Shown one piece after another: positions 54,502 to 61,967 of a DNA stretch of 64,000 nt. The position numbers and the translations under genes are program-made. The notes under the pieces are model-generated. The model was not told the origin of the DNA. It made no database searches and worked only from the letters and a program-made list of their open reading frames with translations. Source of the DNA: Deltaproteobacteria bacterium (GTDB taxonomy: Bacteria; Desulfobacterota; Syntrophia; Syntrophales; UBA5619); NCBI GenBank assembly GCA_021817825.1, contig JAKAFS010000002.1, positions 6,812-70,811 on the forward strand, in the 5' to 3' direction. The stretch's first letter is position 1. The number at the start of each line of letters is the position of its first letter.

Positions 54502-56171
54502 CAGCGGGCCTCCTGCATGAGGCCGGCAATGGCGCCCGGTTTGATCTGGACTTTGACGCGGATATTTTTCCCCGCCGTGGAGCACTCCCGGACCATGTTG
54601 AACTCCTGAACCTCGACGACCTCGATGGCGAGGGCCTCCTCCCCGCCGCCCATCTGTAGAACCTTGGCCCGGAGCTTCTCCTTGCCGAGCCGGATCGCAT
54701 CGCTGCTGGTGAACCCATGGGGGATAGGGAGTTGGATGCCCTCTTCGGCGATCGAGAGCATCCGGCGCTCGGTGTCGGCCAGGAGGGTCAGTTCCGCCGT
54801 GGTTCGGGCGAGCGCCGCCCCGATGGCGTTGGCAACCTCCGCATGGGCGGGGATGCGCGGCTCGCATTCCAAAAGACGGCCCAGTTCCGCCGCCATGGGT
54901 TGGGCCGGTCCGCCCACGACATAGAGAAGCCGGGGCCGGAGCTGCTTGCCCTCCAGCAACTCATGGATCGTATAGACCGGCTGGTTGTTGATCTCGTCGA
55001 TGAAGGCGCGGACCTGGAGGGCAATCGACGCGCAGGTGTCGCCAAAAATCTGCGCCGCCGTTTCTGCGAGCGATTCCCGTCGGGCGCAGGCCAGAGGGCG
55101 AAGCGAGGCCGCCGCCCGGTCGCCGTCGCCGATGGCGGTGAGGCCCAGAACGACCATGGCGTCCGTCGGCGTCGGCAGGGGGCCGCCGAAGGCGGCGGCC
55201 GGGCCGACGCGGTCGGGGCCGATGGACAGGGTCTTCCCCTGGAGCCGCACGGCGCTGTCGCCGCCGATGCCGATGGATCTGGTCCGCATCCCCCGGATCA
55301 GCGTCTTGCGTCCTTCGATGGTGAGACCGAAGGGTTCGAAGAGGGGAACGCCGTCGGCAAAAAGGGCGATGTCCGTCGTCGTACCGCCGATATCCAGGGC
55401 GATTGCATCCTCGCAAGCGCCGGTCATGGTCATGATGCCCATGACGCTTGCCGCCGGTCCCGAAAGGATCGTCTGCACGGGGAATTCGAGCGATCGTTCG
55501 ATGTCGAAGGTTCCCCCATCGGCCTTGAGGATGTAGATCGGCGCGGTCATCCGCTGTTCCCGGACAAACCGGAGGACGTCGGTGGCGAAGCGCCGGTAGA
55601 GATCCCCGATGGCCTCGTTGAGATAGGTCGTTTCGATGCGGCGCGGGAAATTGAGATGGCCCGACATGCGATGGCCCAAAGAGACGTGCAGCTCTCTGGT
55701 CTCCAAGGCTTTGGCAACGGCGATTTCCTGTCCGGGATTGCGGGCGGAAAATTTTCCGACGACGCCGGCATGGGTGATCCCCTGGGCCTGAAAAACTTCG
55801 GCGATGCGCAATGCCTCGCCGGGATCGCCGGGCGAGATCTCGATGCCGCGATGGTTGACGTAGCCCTTCAGCAGGCAGGTGTTTTCGGGAAGTTCCATGA
55901 GCGCCGGCGCGAGCCCCGGTCCGCTGAGCAGCGCCATGCCTACCCGGTCGATCTTGTTTTGCACGATGGCATTGGTGGACAGGGTGGTGCTCATGACCAC
56001 CCTCTGGACGGCGTCGCCGGACAACCGGTCGAGGAGCGACCGGGTCGCTTCCTGTAGGGAGGCCCGGAGGTTTTCCCCCTCCGTCGGAACCTTGACTTTT
56101 TTGACCACCCGGAAACGATCGATGAGAACCGCATCGGTGTGCGTACCGCCCACATCAATACCCAGAATCAT
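54501..56171 (-). CDS. hydantoinase/oxoprolinase A-type (ASKHA-fold ATPase) family protein, without a B-subunit partner
   Basis: ILGIDVGGTHTDAVL (phosphate-1) and ALDIGGTTTDIAL, with Hydantoinase_A-like layout. The ATG at 56171 follows GGGAGG. The ORF-track start at 56183 is less likely. Confidence 0.83.
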   Translation of the reverse strand: MILGIDVGGTHTDAVLIDRFRVVKKVKVPTEGENLRASLQEATRSLLDRLSGDAVQRVVMSTTLSTNAIVQNKIDRVGMALLSGPGLAPALMELPENTCLLKGYVNHRGIEISPGDPGEALRIAEVFQAQGITHAGVVGKFSARNPGQEIAVAKALETRELHVSLGHRMSGHLNFPRRIETTYLNEAIGDLYRRFATDVLRFVREQRMTAPIYILKADGGTFDIERSLEFPVQTILSGPAASVMGIMTMTGACEDAIALDIGGTTTDIALFADGVPLFEPFGLTIEGRKTLIRGMRTRSIGIGGDSAVRLQGKTLSIGPDRVGPAAAFGGPLPTPTDAMVVLGLTAIGDGDRAAASLRPLACARRESLAETAAQIFGDTCASIALQVRAFIDEINNQPVYTIHELLEGKQLRPRLLYVVGGPAQPMAAELGRLLECEPRIPAHAEVANAIGAALARTTAELTLLADTERRMLSIAEEGIQLPIPHGFTSSDAIRLGKEKLRAKVLQMGGGEEALAIEVVEVQEFNMVRECSTAGKNIRVKVQIKPGAIAGLMQEAR

Positions 56172-56198
56172 GAGGCCTCCCATCCTTGGCGCAGGGGG

Positions 56199-56227
56199 TT
56201 TATATAATGAGAAAATTATCTTGACAA
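56199..56227 (-). promoter_or_regulatory. sigma70-like promoter of the hydantoinase-like/HDAC/CMD operon
   Basis: Minus strand reads TTGTCA (56227-56222), a 17-nt spacer, then TATAAA (56204-56199). The -35 overlaps the -35 of the opposing promoter. Confidence 0.4.
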
Positions 56228-56248
56228 GGTAAAAAAAAAACGTATGAT
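56221..56248 (+). promoter_or_regulatory. near-consensus sigma70 promoter of the small lipoprotein gene
   Basis: TTGACA (56221-56226), a 16-nt spacer containing an A10 run (56231-56240), then TATGAT (56243-56248). Confidence 0.5.
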
Positions 56249-56321
56249 CCGCCCCGGCGTCGGTCGCAGAGTGGCGATTCGACGTTCGGCTGTGAAATCT
56301 GCGAAAGGAGGTGACTTGTTG

Positions 56322-56528
56322 ATGAAAAAGGTATTTGCAATTATTCTTTCGATGCTTTTCTTCGTGACGCTATCGTTCGCAGTGGTCGGTTGCAAGAAGG
56401 CAGAAGAGCAGAAACCGGCTGAGACGGCAGCGCCCGCACCTGAGGCAGCGCCTGCTCCGGCTCCCGCGCCCGAGGCAACGCCCGCTCCTGCAGCTCCGGA
56501 AGCTCCTGCGGCTCCTGCAGCGAAGTAA
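56322..56528 (+). CDS. small lipoprotein with a Pro/Ala/Glu-rich tail
   Basis: MKKVFAIILSMLFFVTLSFAVVGC (lipobox VVGC) followed by low-complexity AEEQKPAETAAPAPEAAPAPAPAPEATPAPAAPEAPAAPAAK. SD AAAGGAGG precedes the ATG at 56322. Confidence 0.6.
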   Translation: MKKVFAIILSMLFFVTLSFAVVGCKKAEEQKPAETAAPAPEAAPAPAPAPEATPAPAAPEAPAAPAAK

Positions 56529-56558
56529 TGGCGAAGAAGCTCGCAAGGTAAATGAAAA

Positions 56559-56591
56559 CGGTTGGGCAGAGATGCCCAACCGTTTTTGTTT
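56559..56591 (+). terminator. rho-independent terminator of the lipoprotein gene
   Basis: CGGTTGGGCA-GAGA-TGCCCAACCG followed by TTTTTGTTT (10-bp perfect stem). Confidence 0.8.
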
Positions 56592-56668
56592 GCCCGCAAC
56601 CCGCCCCTTGTCCTCATTCCCCCCGGCTTGCTGCGGGGTCCGGCAGGACATTATTTGCTAAATTCCCT

Positions 56669-56697
56669 TTGACGGCCGGTTCCGCCTGTTGTATGAT
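56669..56697 (+). promoter_or_regulatory. near-consensus sigma70 promoter of ytxH-DUF948-yajD
   Basis: TTGACG (56669-56674), a 17-nt spacer, then TATGAT (56692-56697). It is followed by an approximately 135-nt GC-rich leader. Confidence 0.5.
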
Positions 56698-56838
56698 TTT
56701 TTTCATCATGTTGGCGGCCCCAAGGCCGGGGTTGCTGCGAACCGCCGTTCCGAACACGCGCGGCGCGACCCCTTTTTCCGGCAAGCGATTGCCGCGGGTC
56801 GGGGTTTCTGATGGCAAAATTCACAGAGGAGGTGTGCC

Positions 56839-57216
56839 ATGAGCAAGAATGGAGATTTTATCGCGGGACTGATCGTTGGCGGCCTGGTCGGCGCCGTTGT
56901 CGGCATCTTGTATGCGCCGAAAAGCGGCAAAGAGACGCGGGAAGAGATCGGGCGCAAGGCCGATGAACTTCTGACCACGGCCCGGGAAGAATACGAGGCC
57001 GCCGTCGCCAAGAGCAAAAAGACCTATGAGACCGCCATTCAGCGGCTCAAGGCATTGGAGGACAAAGCCCGGGAGAAGGTGGACGACGCCGAAGAGAAGA
57101 TCGAAGACCTCGCCGATCAAGGCAAGGAAGCGCTTTCGGAAGGGAAGAACCGCCTGAAGAAGGCGATCGAAGCGGGCGTCGAAGCATTCAAGGAAGAACA
57201 GGGGAAAAAGGCTTGA
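56839..57216 (+). CDS. YtxH-domain protein (general-stress-type, N-terminal TM plus long helices)
   Basis: FIAGLIVGGLVGAVVGILYAPKSGKETREEI is the YtxH signature. The rest is charged helical sequence. SD GAGGAGG lies upstream. Confidence 0.8.
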   Translation: MSKNGDFIAGLIVGGLVGAVVGILYAPKSGKETREEIGRKADELLTTAREEYEAAVAKSKKTYETAIQRLKALEDKAREKVDDAEEKIEDLADQGKEALSEGKNRLKKAIEAGVEAFKEEQGKKA

Positions 57217-57244
57217 CCGGGGTCCGGGGGCCGAGGAAGGAACG

Positions 57245-57685
57245 ATGATGGAGAACGGCACATTCTTGAATGTCATCCTGATCATCCTGAGCGTTGCAGT
57301 TTTGCTCTTTGTGGCCTTTGCCGTCCCCTTTCTGCTACAGATCTGGCAGACGGCGAAGGGACTTTCCCAGGCTCTCCAGGTATTCAACGAAAGTCTCCCT
57401 TCGATCATGAAAAACCTGGAGGAAATCACGACCAAGGTCAACCGGACGACCACCACGGTCAGTCGCCAGGTCGAGGATTTTTCGTTGCTCGCGGAAAAGA
57501 TCCGGGGGACCCTGACCCTCGTCGTCGGCCTGGAAGAGATCGTCCGGCGGGGGCTGATGGGGGTGCGCCTCCCCTACGGATCGGCCTTTCGTACCGGTTT
57601 TGCAGTGGCGAAGGGTGTTCGCGTCTTCATGACCTACTTACTCAGCGACCGTCCGGTTAACGGTTGCAGCGAAAGGAAGAGGTGA
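57245..57685 (+). CDS. DUF948-like membrane-anchored protein
   Basis: N-terminal TM segment followed by a helical region (...TAKGLSQALQVFNESLPSIMKNLEEITTKVNRTT...), as in DUF948 proteins that accompany YtxH. Confidence 0.65.
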   Translation: MMENGTFLNVILIILSVAVLLFVAFAVPFLLQIWQTAKGLSQALQVFNESLPSIMKNLEEITTKVNRTTTTVSRQVEDFSLLAEKIRGTLTLVVGLEEIVRRGLMGVRLPYGSAFRTGFAVAKGVRVFMTYLLSDRPVNGCSERKR

Positions 57686-57691
57686 GGCCAG

Positions 57692-58165
57692 GTGGCGGGT
57701 GTCTCCTATGGCAACCGGGGCGGTCGGGTGCTCGTGACGAAGGCCGCCGGCAAAGCCGCTCCGTCGAGGTCCGCCGAAGAGGTGGTCCGGGAGCTGAAGG
57801 CGGCGCGCCAGCCCGGCGAAGAAACCTACCGGGAACGGTCGCTCGCCCTCCATGGGCTGATCTGCGGGCGCTGCGGCCGTGAGTTTGCTGCCGCGAATCG
57901 CCATCTCTTGACGGTGCACCACAAGGACGGCAACCATCTCAACAATCCGCCCGACGGCAGCAACTGGGAAAACCTCTGCGCCTACTGCCACGAAGACGTC
58001 CACAGCCGGGGACTTCTCGGCGATTACCTGGAGGGGACGGCCGCGCCGCCGCGGGAAGAGACGGTGGTCTACCGCGACGAAGGGGAGGCGGGCGCAAAGG
58101 GGCTGGGCAGTCTCGCCGACCAGTTGAAAAAGGCCCTGGAAGCAAAGCAAAAACCCCGTTCCTGA
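57692..58165 (+). CDS. yajD: YajD-family HNH nuclease
   Basis: CGRCGREF...LTVHHKDGNHLNNPPDGSNWENLCAYCHEDVH aligns closely with E. coli YajD (CGRCSREF...LTVHHIDHDHTNNPEDGSNWELLCLYCHDHEH). GTG start. Confidence 0.8.
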   Translation: MAGVSYGNRGGRVLVTKAAGKAAPSRSAEEVVRELKAARQPGEETYRERSLALHGLICGRCGREFAAANRHLLTVHHKDGNHLNNPPDGSNWENLCAYCHEDVHSRGLLGDYLEGTAAPPREETVVYRDEGEAGAKGLGSLADQLKKALEAKQKPRS

Positions 58166-58244
58166 AAAGCGGCGCCCCCGCACAGCGGCGATGGCTTCAG
58201 CGTGCTGCCTTCTTTATCCGGCAACGATAAAATACCCATACTGC

Positions 58245-58376
58245 GTCATTCCCGGGTCAGCGGGAATCCATTCAAAGAACTTCTGGACCCCCGCTTTCGC
58301 GGGGGTGACAGATACTTTCATGCCGACCTGGCGCCCCCACGGGGCATGGGTGTTTCCCGCGGAAGCGGGAATCCAG
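58245..58376. repeat. cluster of REP-like GC-rich hairpins in a convergent intergenic region
   Basis: Four hairpins: GTCATTCCCGG-GTCA-GCGGGAATCCA (58245-58270), GGACCCCCGC-TTTC-GCGGGGGTGAC (58285-58309), GCCCC-CAC-GGGGC (about 58332-58345) and TTTCCCGC-GGAA-GCGGGAATCCAG (58352-58376). The module GCGGGAATCCA occurs twice. Confidence 0.5.
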
Positions 58377-58395
58377 AGCCGGAATGCTCACTTCC

Positions 58396-58596
58396 CTATT
58401 TCAAGATGATCCGAAGATTGTCCCGCTCGGTGACGAGCTTGTCGCCCACCGAGGTCCCGCAGCAGGCGCAGGTGTAATCGTATTTATCCCCTTCGGCCAA
58501 AATCATGAGCAGCCTTTTGCGCACCGGCACGGCGCGGCGGCATTTCGGGCAGAAAAGTTCGGTGGCGTCGAAATCACGGTACTGTTCCCGGTTCAT
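58396..58596 (-). CDS. small (66 aa) Cys4 zinc-ribbon protein translationally coupled to nadE
   Basis: [66 protein letters not shown]. The ATG at 58596 overlaps the nadE stop (ATGA). It is only the 3' end of ORF-track entry 58396..59172. Confidence 0.6.
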   Translation of the reverse strand: MNREQYRDFDATELFCPKCRRAVPVRKRLLMILAEGDKYDYTCACCGTSVGDKLVTERDNLRIILK

Positions 58597-60665
58597 ACCC
58601 CATCCTTTTCGGGAATCTCTTTTGCATCTTGGAGCCAGATCGTGGCCACGCTGTCGCTCGGGGCGCGATAATCGCCGCGCGGCGAGAGGGACCCTCCCGA
58701 ACCGACCTTGGGGCCGTTGGGAATGCAGGAGCGCTTGAACTGGCTGGTCTGGAAAAAGCGGTACAGGAAGACCTCCAGCCAGCGGCGGATTTCGGCGATC
58801 GTGTACCCCTTTTGCTTTGCCTCGGGAATGTCCGGCCAGCGGCCCAGGGTCTTGTCGCGCCAGGCGCAGTAGGAAAGAAAGGCGATCTTTGTCGGCAGGT
58901 AACCGAAGCGGGTGGTGTAGAAAATATTGAAATCCTGGAGTTCGTAGGGGCCCACGATCGCTTCCGTGCACTGGGCGGGCTCCGCGTCCGCCGGCCCCGG
59001 GATCAGTTCGGGGCTGATCTCGGTGGCGAGGATGTCGTTGAGAACGGCGGCGGTTTCGCTCGGGATCTCCGGCAGCCGCGCCACATAGCGGATCAGGTGC
59101 TGGATCAGGGTCTTGGGGACGCTGGCGTTCACGTTGTAGTGGGACATGTGGTCCCCGACGCCGTAGGTGCACCAGCCGAGGGCCAGTTCGCTCAAATCGC
59201 CGGTGCCGACGACGAGGGCCTTTTGCAGGTTGGCGATCCGGAAGAGATGAGAGGTCCGCTCGCCCGCCTGGATGTTCTCGAAGGCGATGTCGTAGACCTT
59301 TTCGCCTTCGGCATAGGGGTGGCCGATGTCTTTGAGCATCTGGAGGCAGCTCGGCCGGATGTCGATTTCGCCCGCCTCGACCCCCAGCGCCTTCATGAGT
59401 CGCAGCGCATTGCGATAGGTCTTCTCGGAGGTGGCAAATCCCGGCATGGTGAAGGCCAGGATGTGATTCCGGGGGAGGGACAGCAAATCCATGGTCCGGG
59501 CGGCGACGATCAGGGCGTGGGTGGAATCCAATCCCCCGGAGATGCCGATCACCAGCTTGTCGATGCCCGATGTCTTGAGGCGCTGCGCCAGCCCCTGGAC
59601 CTGAATGTTGTAAGCCTCGTAGCAGCGCTCGTCCCTTTTGGCGGGATCGGCCGGGATATAGGGGAAACGGGCGACTTCGCGTTCCAGCAGAATCCGTCCT
59701 GTAATTGGTATGAGCTCCAGAGCCACCCGGCGAAACTTCTCCAGCTTCTCCCGATGGGTCCGGGCGTTGGCGCCGAAGGTGGTCTGGCGCATCCGGTCCT
59801 GGGCCAGGCGGTCGAGGTCGAGATCGGCGGTGATGATCTGGGAGCGGCCCGCGAACCGTTTTGATACGGCAAGCAGGGTGCCGTTCTCGCAGATCATGGA
59901 ATGGCCGTCCCAGGCAAGATCGGTCGTCGATTCCCCGGGGCCGGCGGCGGCATAGAGATAGGCGCTAAGGCAGCGGGCCGACTGGTTGGCCGTCAGCTCC
60001 TGCCGGTACTCCGATTTGCCGATCGTCACATTGGAGGCCGAGAGGTTGCCGATGACCGTTGCCCCGGCCAGGGCGGCGAAGGAAGAAGGGGGGATCGGGA
60101 CCCAGACGTCCTCGCACATCTCCAGAAAAAAACGAAAATGGCGGAGGTTCGTCGCCTCGAAGATAAGGTTGGCGCCGAAGGGGATATTCTCCTGGCCGCA
60201 GAGGGTGATGGTCTGGGCGACGGCCTCTTCGGCGGGACTGAACTGCCGGGCCTCGTAGAACTCGCGGTAATTGGGCAGATAGGACTTGATTGCCACCCCG
60301 AGAATTTTCCCCTGGTAGAGTACGATTCCGCAGTTGTACAGGCGGTCGTCGATCGCCAGGGGGGCGCCGATGGCGAGGATCAGGTTGAGCGGGGCGGTTT
60401 CGGCGCAGATCCGGGCAATGGCCGCGCGGACCCCTTGAAGAAGGGCCTCCTGATGGAAGAGATCTTCGTTGGAATAGGCCGAGAGCCCCAGTTCGGGAAA
60501 GAGGGCCAGGCAGGCCTGGCGCTTCGCCGCCTGCTTGGCCAGGGCGATGGTCTGCCCGGCGTTGTAATCGGGGTCGGCGATCCGCACCTCGGGGGTGCAG
60601 ACGGCGGCCCGGATGAACCCATGGCGGTACAGATTGAAAAATTCCTTCTCTTCCCGGTCTTTCAT
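58593..60665 (-). CDS. nadE: glutamine-dependent NAD+ synthetase (large form, nitrilase-like plus synthetase domains)
   Basis: N-terminal CN-hydrolase domain (FPELGLSAY..., EDVWVP, catalytic Cys region) followed by the synthetase domain SGGLDST. About 690 aa. Confidence 0.95.
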   Translation of the reverse strand: MKDREEKEFFNLYRHGFIRAAVCTPEVRIADPDYNAGQTIALAKQAAKRQACLALFPELGLSAYSNEDLFHQEALLQGVRAAIARICAETAPLNLILAIGAPLAIDDRLYNCGIVLYQGKILGVAIKSYLPNYREFYEARQFSPAEEAVAQTITLCGQENIPFGANLIFEATNLRHFRFFLEMCEDVWVPIPPSSFAALAGATVIGNLSASNVTIGKSEYRQELTANQSARCLSAYLYAAAGPGESTTDLAWDGHSMICENGTLLAVSKRFAGRSQIITADLDLDRLAQDRMRQTTFGANARTHREKLEKFRRVALELIPITGRILLEREVARFPYIPADPAKRDERCYEAYNIQVQGLAQRLKTSGIDKLVIGISGGLDSTHALIVAARTMDLLSLPRNHILAFTMPGFATSEKTYRNALRLMKALGVEAGEIDIRPSCLQMLKDIGHPYAEGEKVYDIAFENIQAGERTSHLFRIANLQKALVVGTGDLSELALGWCTYGVGDHMSHYNVNASVPKTLIQHLIRYVARLPEIPSETAAVLNDILATEISPELIPGPADAEPAQCTEAIVGPYELQDFNIFYTTRFGYLPTKIAFLSYCAWRDKTLGRWPDIPEAKQKGYTIAEIRRWLEVFLYRFFQTSQFKRSCIPNGPKVGSGGSLSPRGDYRAPSDSVATIWLQDAKEIPEKDGV

Positions 60666-61435
60666 GACGTTTCTTTCTCCACGAAGGCATAGGCGCTGTG
60701 GTTGTGAATGCTCTCGAAATTCTCCGCCTCGACGCTGTACCAGGTGAAGTTCGGATCGCAGGAGAGGCGGTGGGCGACGTTGCGGACGACGTCTTCGACG
60801 AACATCGGGTTTTCATACCCCTTTTCGGTCACGAATTTTTCGTCCACCCTTTTGAGAAGCGAGTAGACCTCGCCGCTGGCCGACCCTTCGATGAGCTGGA
60901 TCATGTCCTCGATCCAGAAGAATTTCTTGAACCTCAGCCGCACGGTGACGATGCTCCGCTGGTTGTGGGCGCCGGCGCGGCTGATCTCCTTGGAGCAGGG
61001 GCAGACGGTGGTCACCGGGACCACCATGCCGACAATGAAGTCCATCCCCTGGTCGCTCAGGGTGCCCAAAAACTGGCAGCGATACTCCATCAGGCTTTTG
61101 GCCCGCGAGCGGGGGGCGGTCTTTTCGATGAAGTAGGGAAACTCGATCTCGATATGGGCGGACTCGGCATGGAGCTTGTGGCGGATCTTGTCCAGGATGC
61201 CCTGGAAGGTCCGGATGTTGACCTGTTCGCGGATCTCGTTGAGGACCTCCACGAAGCGGCTCATGTGCGTGCCCTTGAAGTGGTGCAGGAGGCTCACGTA
61301 CATGTTGATCGTGGCATTGACCGACTGGGTGCCGTGGGCGCGGTCCAGGACGATGATCGGGTATTTGAGCCCCTTGACCCCGACCTTCTGGATGTCGATG
61401 TTCCGTTCGTCCCGGAGATTCTGAATATCGATCAT
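60662..61435 (-). CDS. folE2: GTP cyclohydrolase I type 2 (FolE2/MptA family)
   Basis: [39 protein letters not shown] and HNHSAYA. The ATG at 61435 overlaps the queD stop, and its own stop overlaps the nadE ATG. Confidence 0.93.
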   Translation of the reverse strand: MIDIQNLRDERNIDIQKVGVKGLKYPIIVLDRAHGTQSVNATINMYVSLLHHFKGTHMSRFVEVLNEIREQVNIRTFQGILDKIRHKLHAESAHIEIEFPYFIEKTAPRSRAKSLMEYRCQFLGTLSDQGMDFIVGMVVPVTTVCPCSKEISRAGAHNQRSIVTVRLRFKKFFWIEDMIQLIEGSASGEVYSLLKRVDEKFVTEKGYENPMFVEDVVRNVAHRLSCDPNFTWYSVEAENFESIHNHSAYAFVEKETS

Positions 61436-61800
61436 AGGCTGTAAGAGACCCGCGAATTTTCGGATTCCCAGACCGTGACCCGCGACAGGGTGACCTTGGC
61501 CTCCTTGGCCCGCGGGGCGATCCGTTCGAAGAGCAGGCGGGCGATCCGTTCCGAAGAAGGATTCTCGCCCTGGAAAAAGTCAAGTTCGTTCAGGAATTTG
61601 TGATCCAGTTCGTCGAGGACCTCCATGGTCCAGCGCTTGACGTCCCGAAAATCGATCAGCAGCCCTTCGGCGTTGAGGGATTCGGCGGCCACCGAGACTT
61701 CCACGAAAAAATTGTGGCCATGGAGCGTTTCGCACTTGCCGCCGATCTCCTTGAGCCTATGGGCGGCGGAAAAAGTTTTGCGGATCGTCACTTCATACAT
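61432..61800 (-). CDS. queD: 6-carboxy-5,6,7,8-tetrahydropterin synthase (QueD / PTPS family)
   Basis: FSAAHRL...GKCETLHGHNF (CxxxHGH) and DHKFLNE. Confidence 0.9.
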   Translation of the reverse strand: MYEVTIRKTFSAAHRLKEIGGKCETLHGHNFFVEVSVAAESLNAEGLLIDFRDVKRWTMEVLDELDHKFLNELDFFQGENPSSERIARLLFERIAPRAKEAKVTLSRVTVWESENSRVSYSL

Positions 61801-61967
61801 CTTTAAGCCTCCGACAATGTTCTGGGAGGACTATATCACAAACGGCCTTCCGGGATAAGCGGTAAAATGGTCAGTCGCCGGAAGGGGATAGCGGCTGCTT
61901 GCGGCGGCCGTAGCCGAAGGGGGCGCACAGCGCTGTGGTGATCTGAGGGTCCAGCCCGCGGCTTTCG

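Noticed and set aside
56410-56525. Repetitive DNA in the small lipoprotein gene, considered as a tandem repeat or CRISPR-like feature
   Set aside because: It is in-frame low-complexity Pro/Ala/Glu coding sequence (APAPEA-type) with imperfect units. It has no spacer/repeat architecture.
58191-58477. Two overlapping 72- and 91-aa plus-strand ORFs
   Set aside because: They are translations of the REP-like hairpin cluster (peptides of the ...AGIQ..., ...FAGVT... type) and have no SD.
61801-61870. preQ1 riboswitch upstream of queD
   Set aside because: A CCUCC...GGAGG hairpin that could mask the SD is present. There is no A-rich tail or preQ1-I/II consensus, and the leader is too short and dissimilar.
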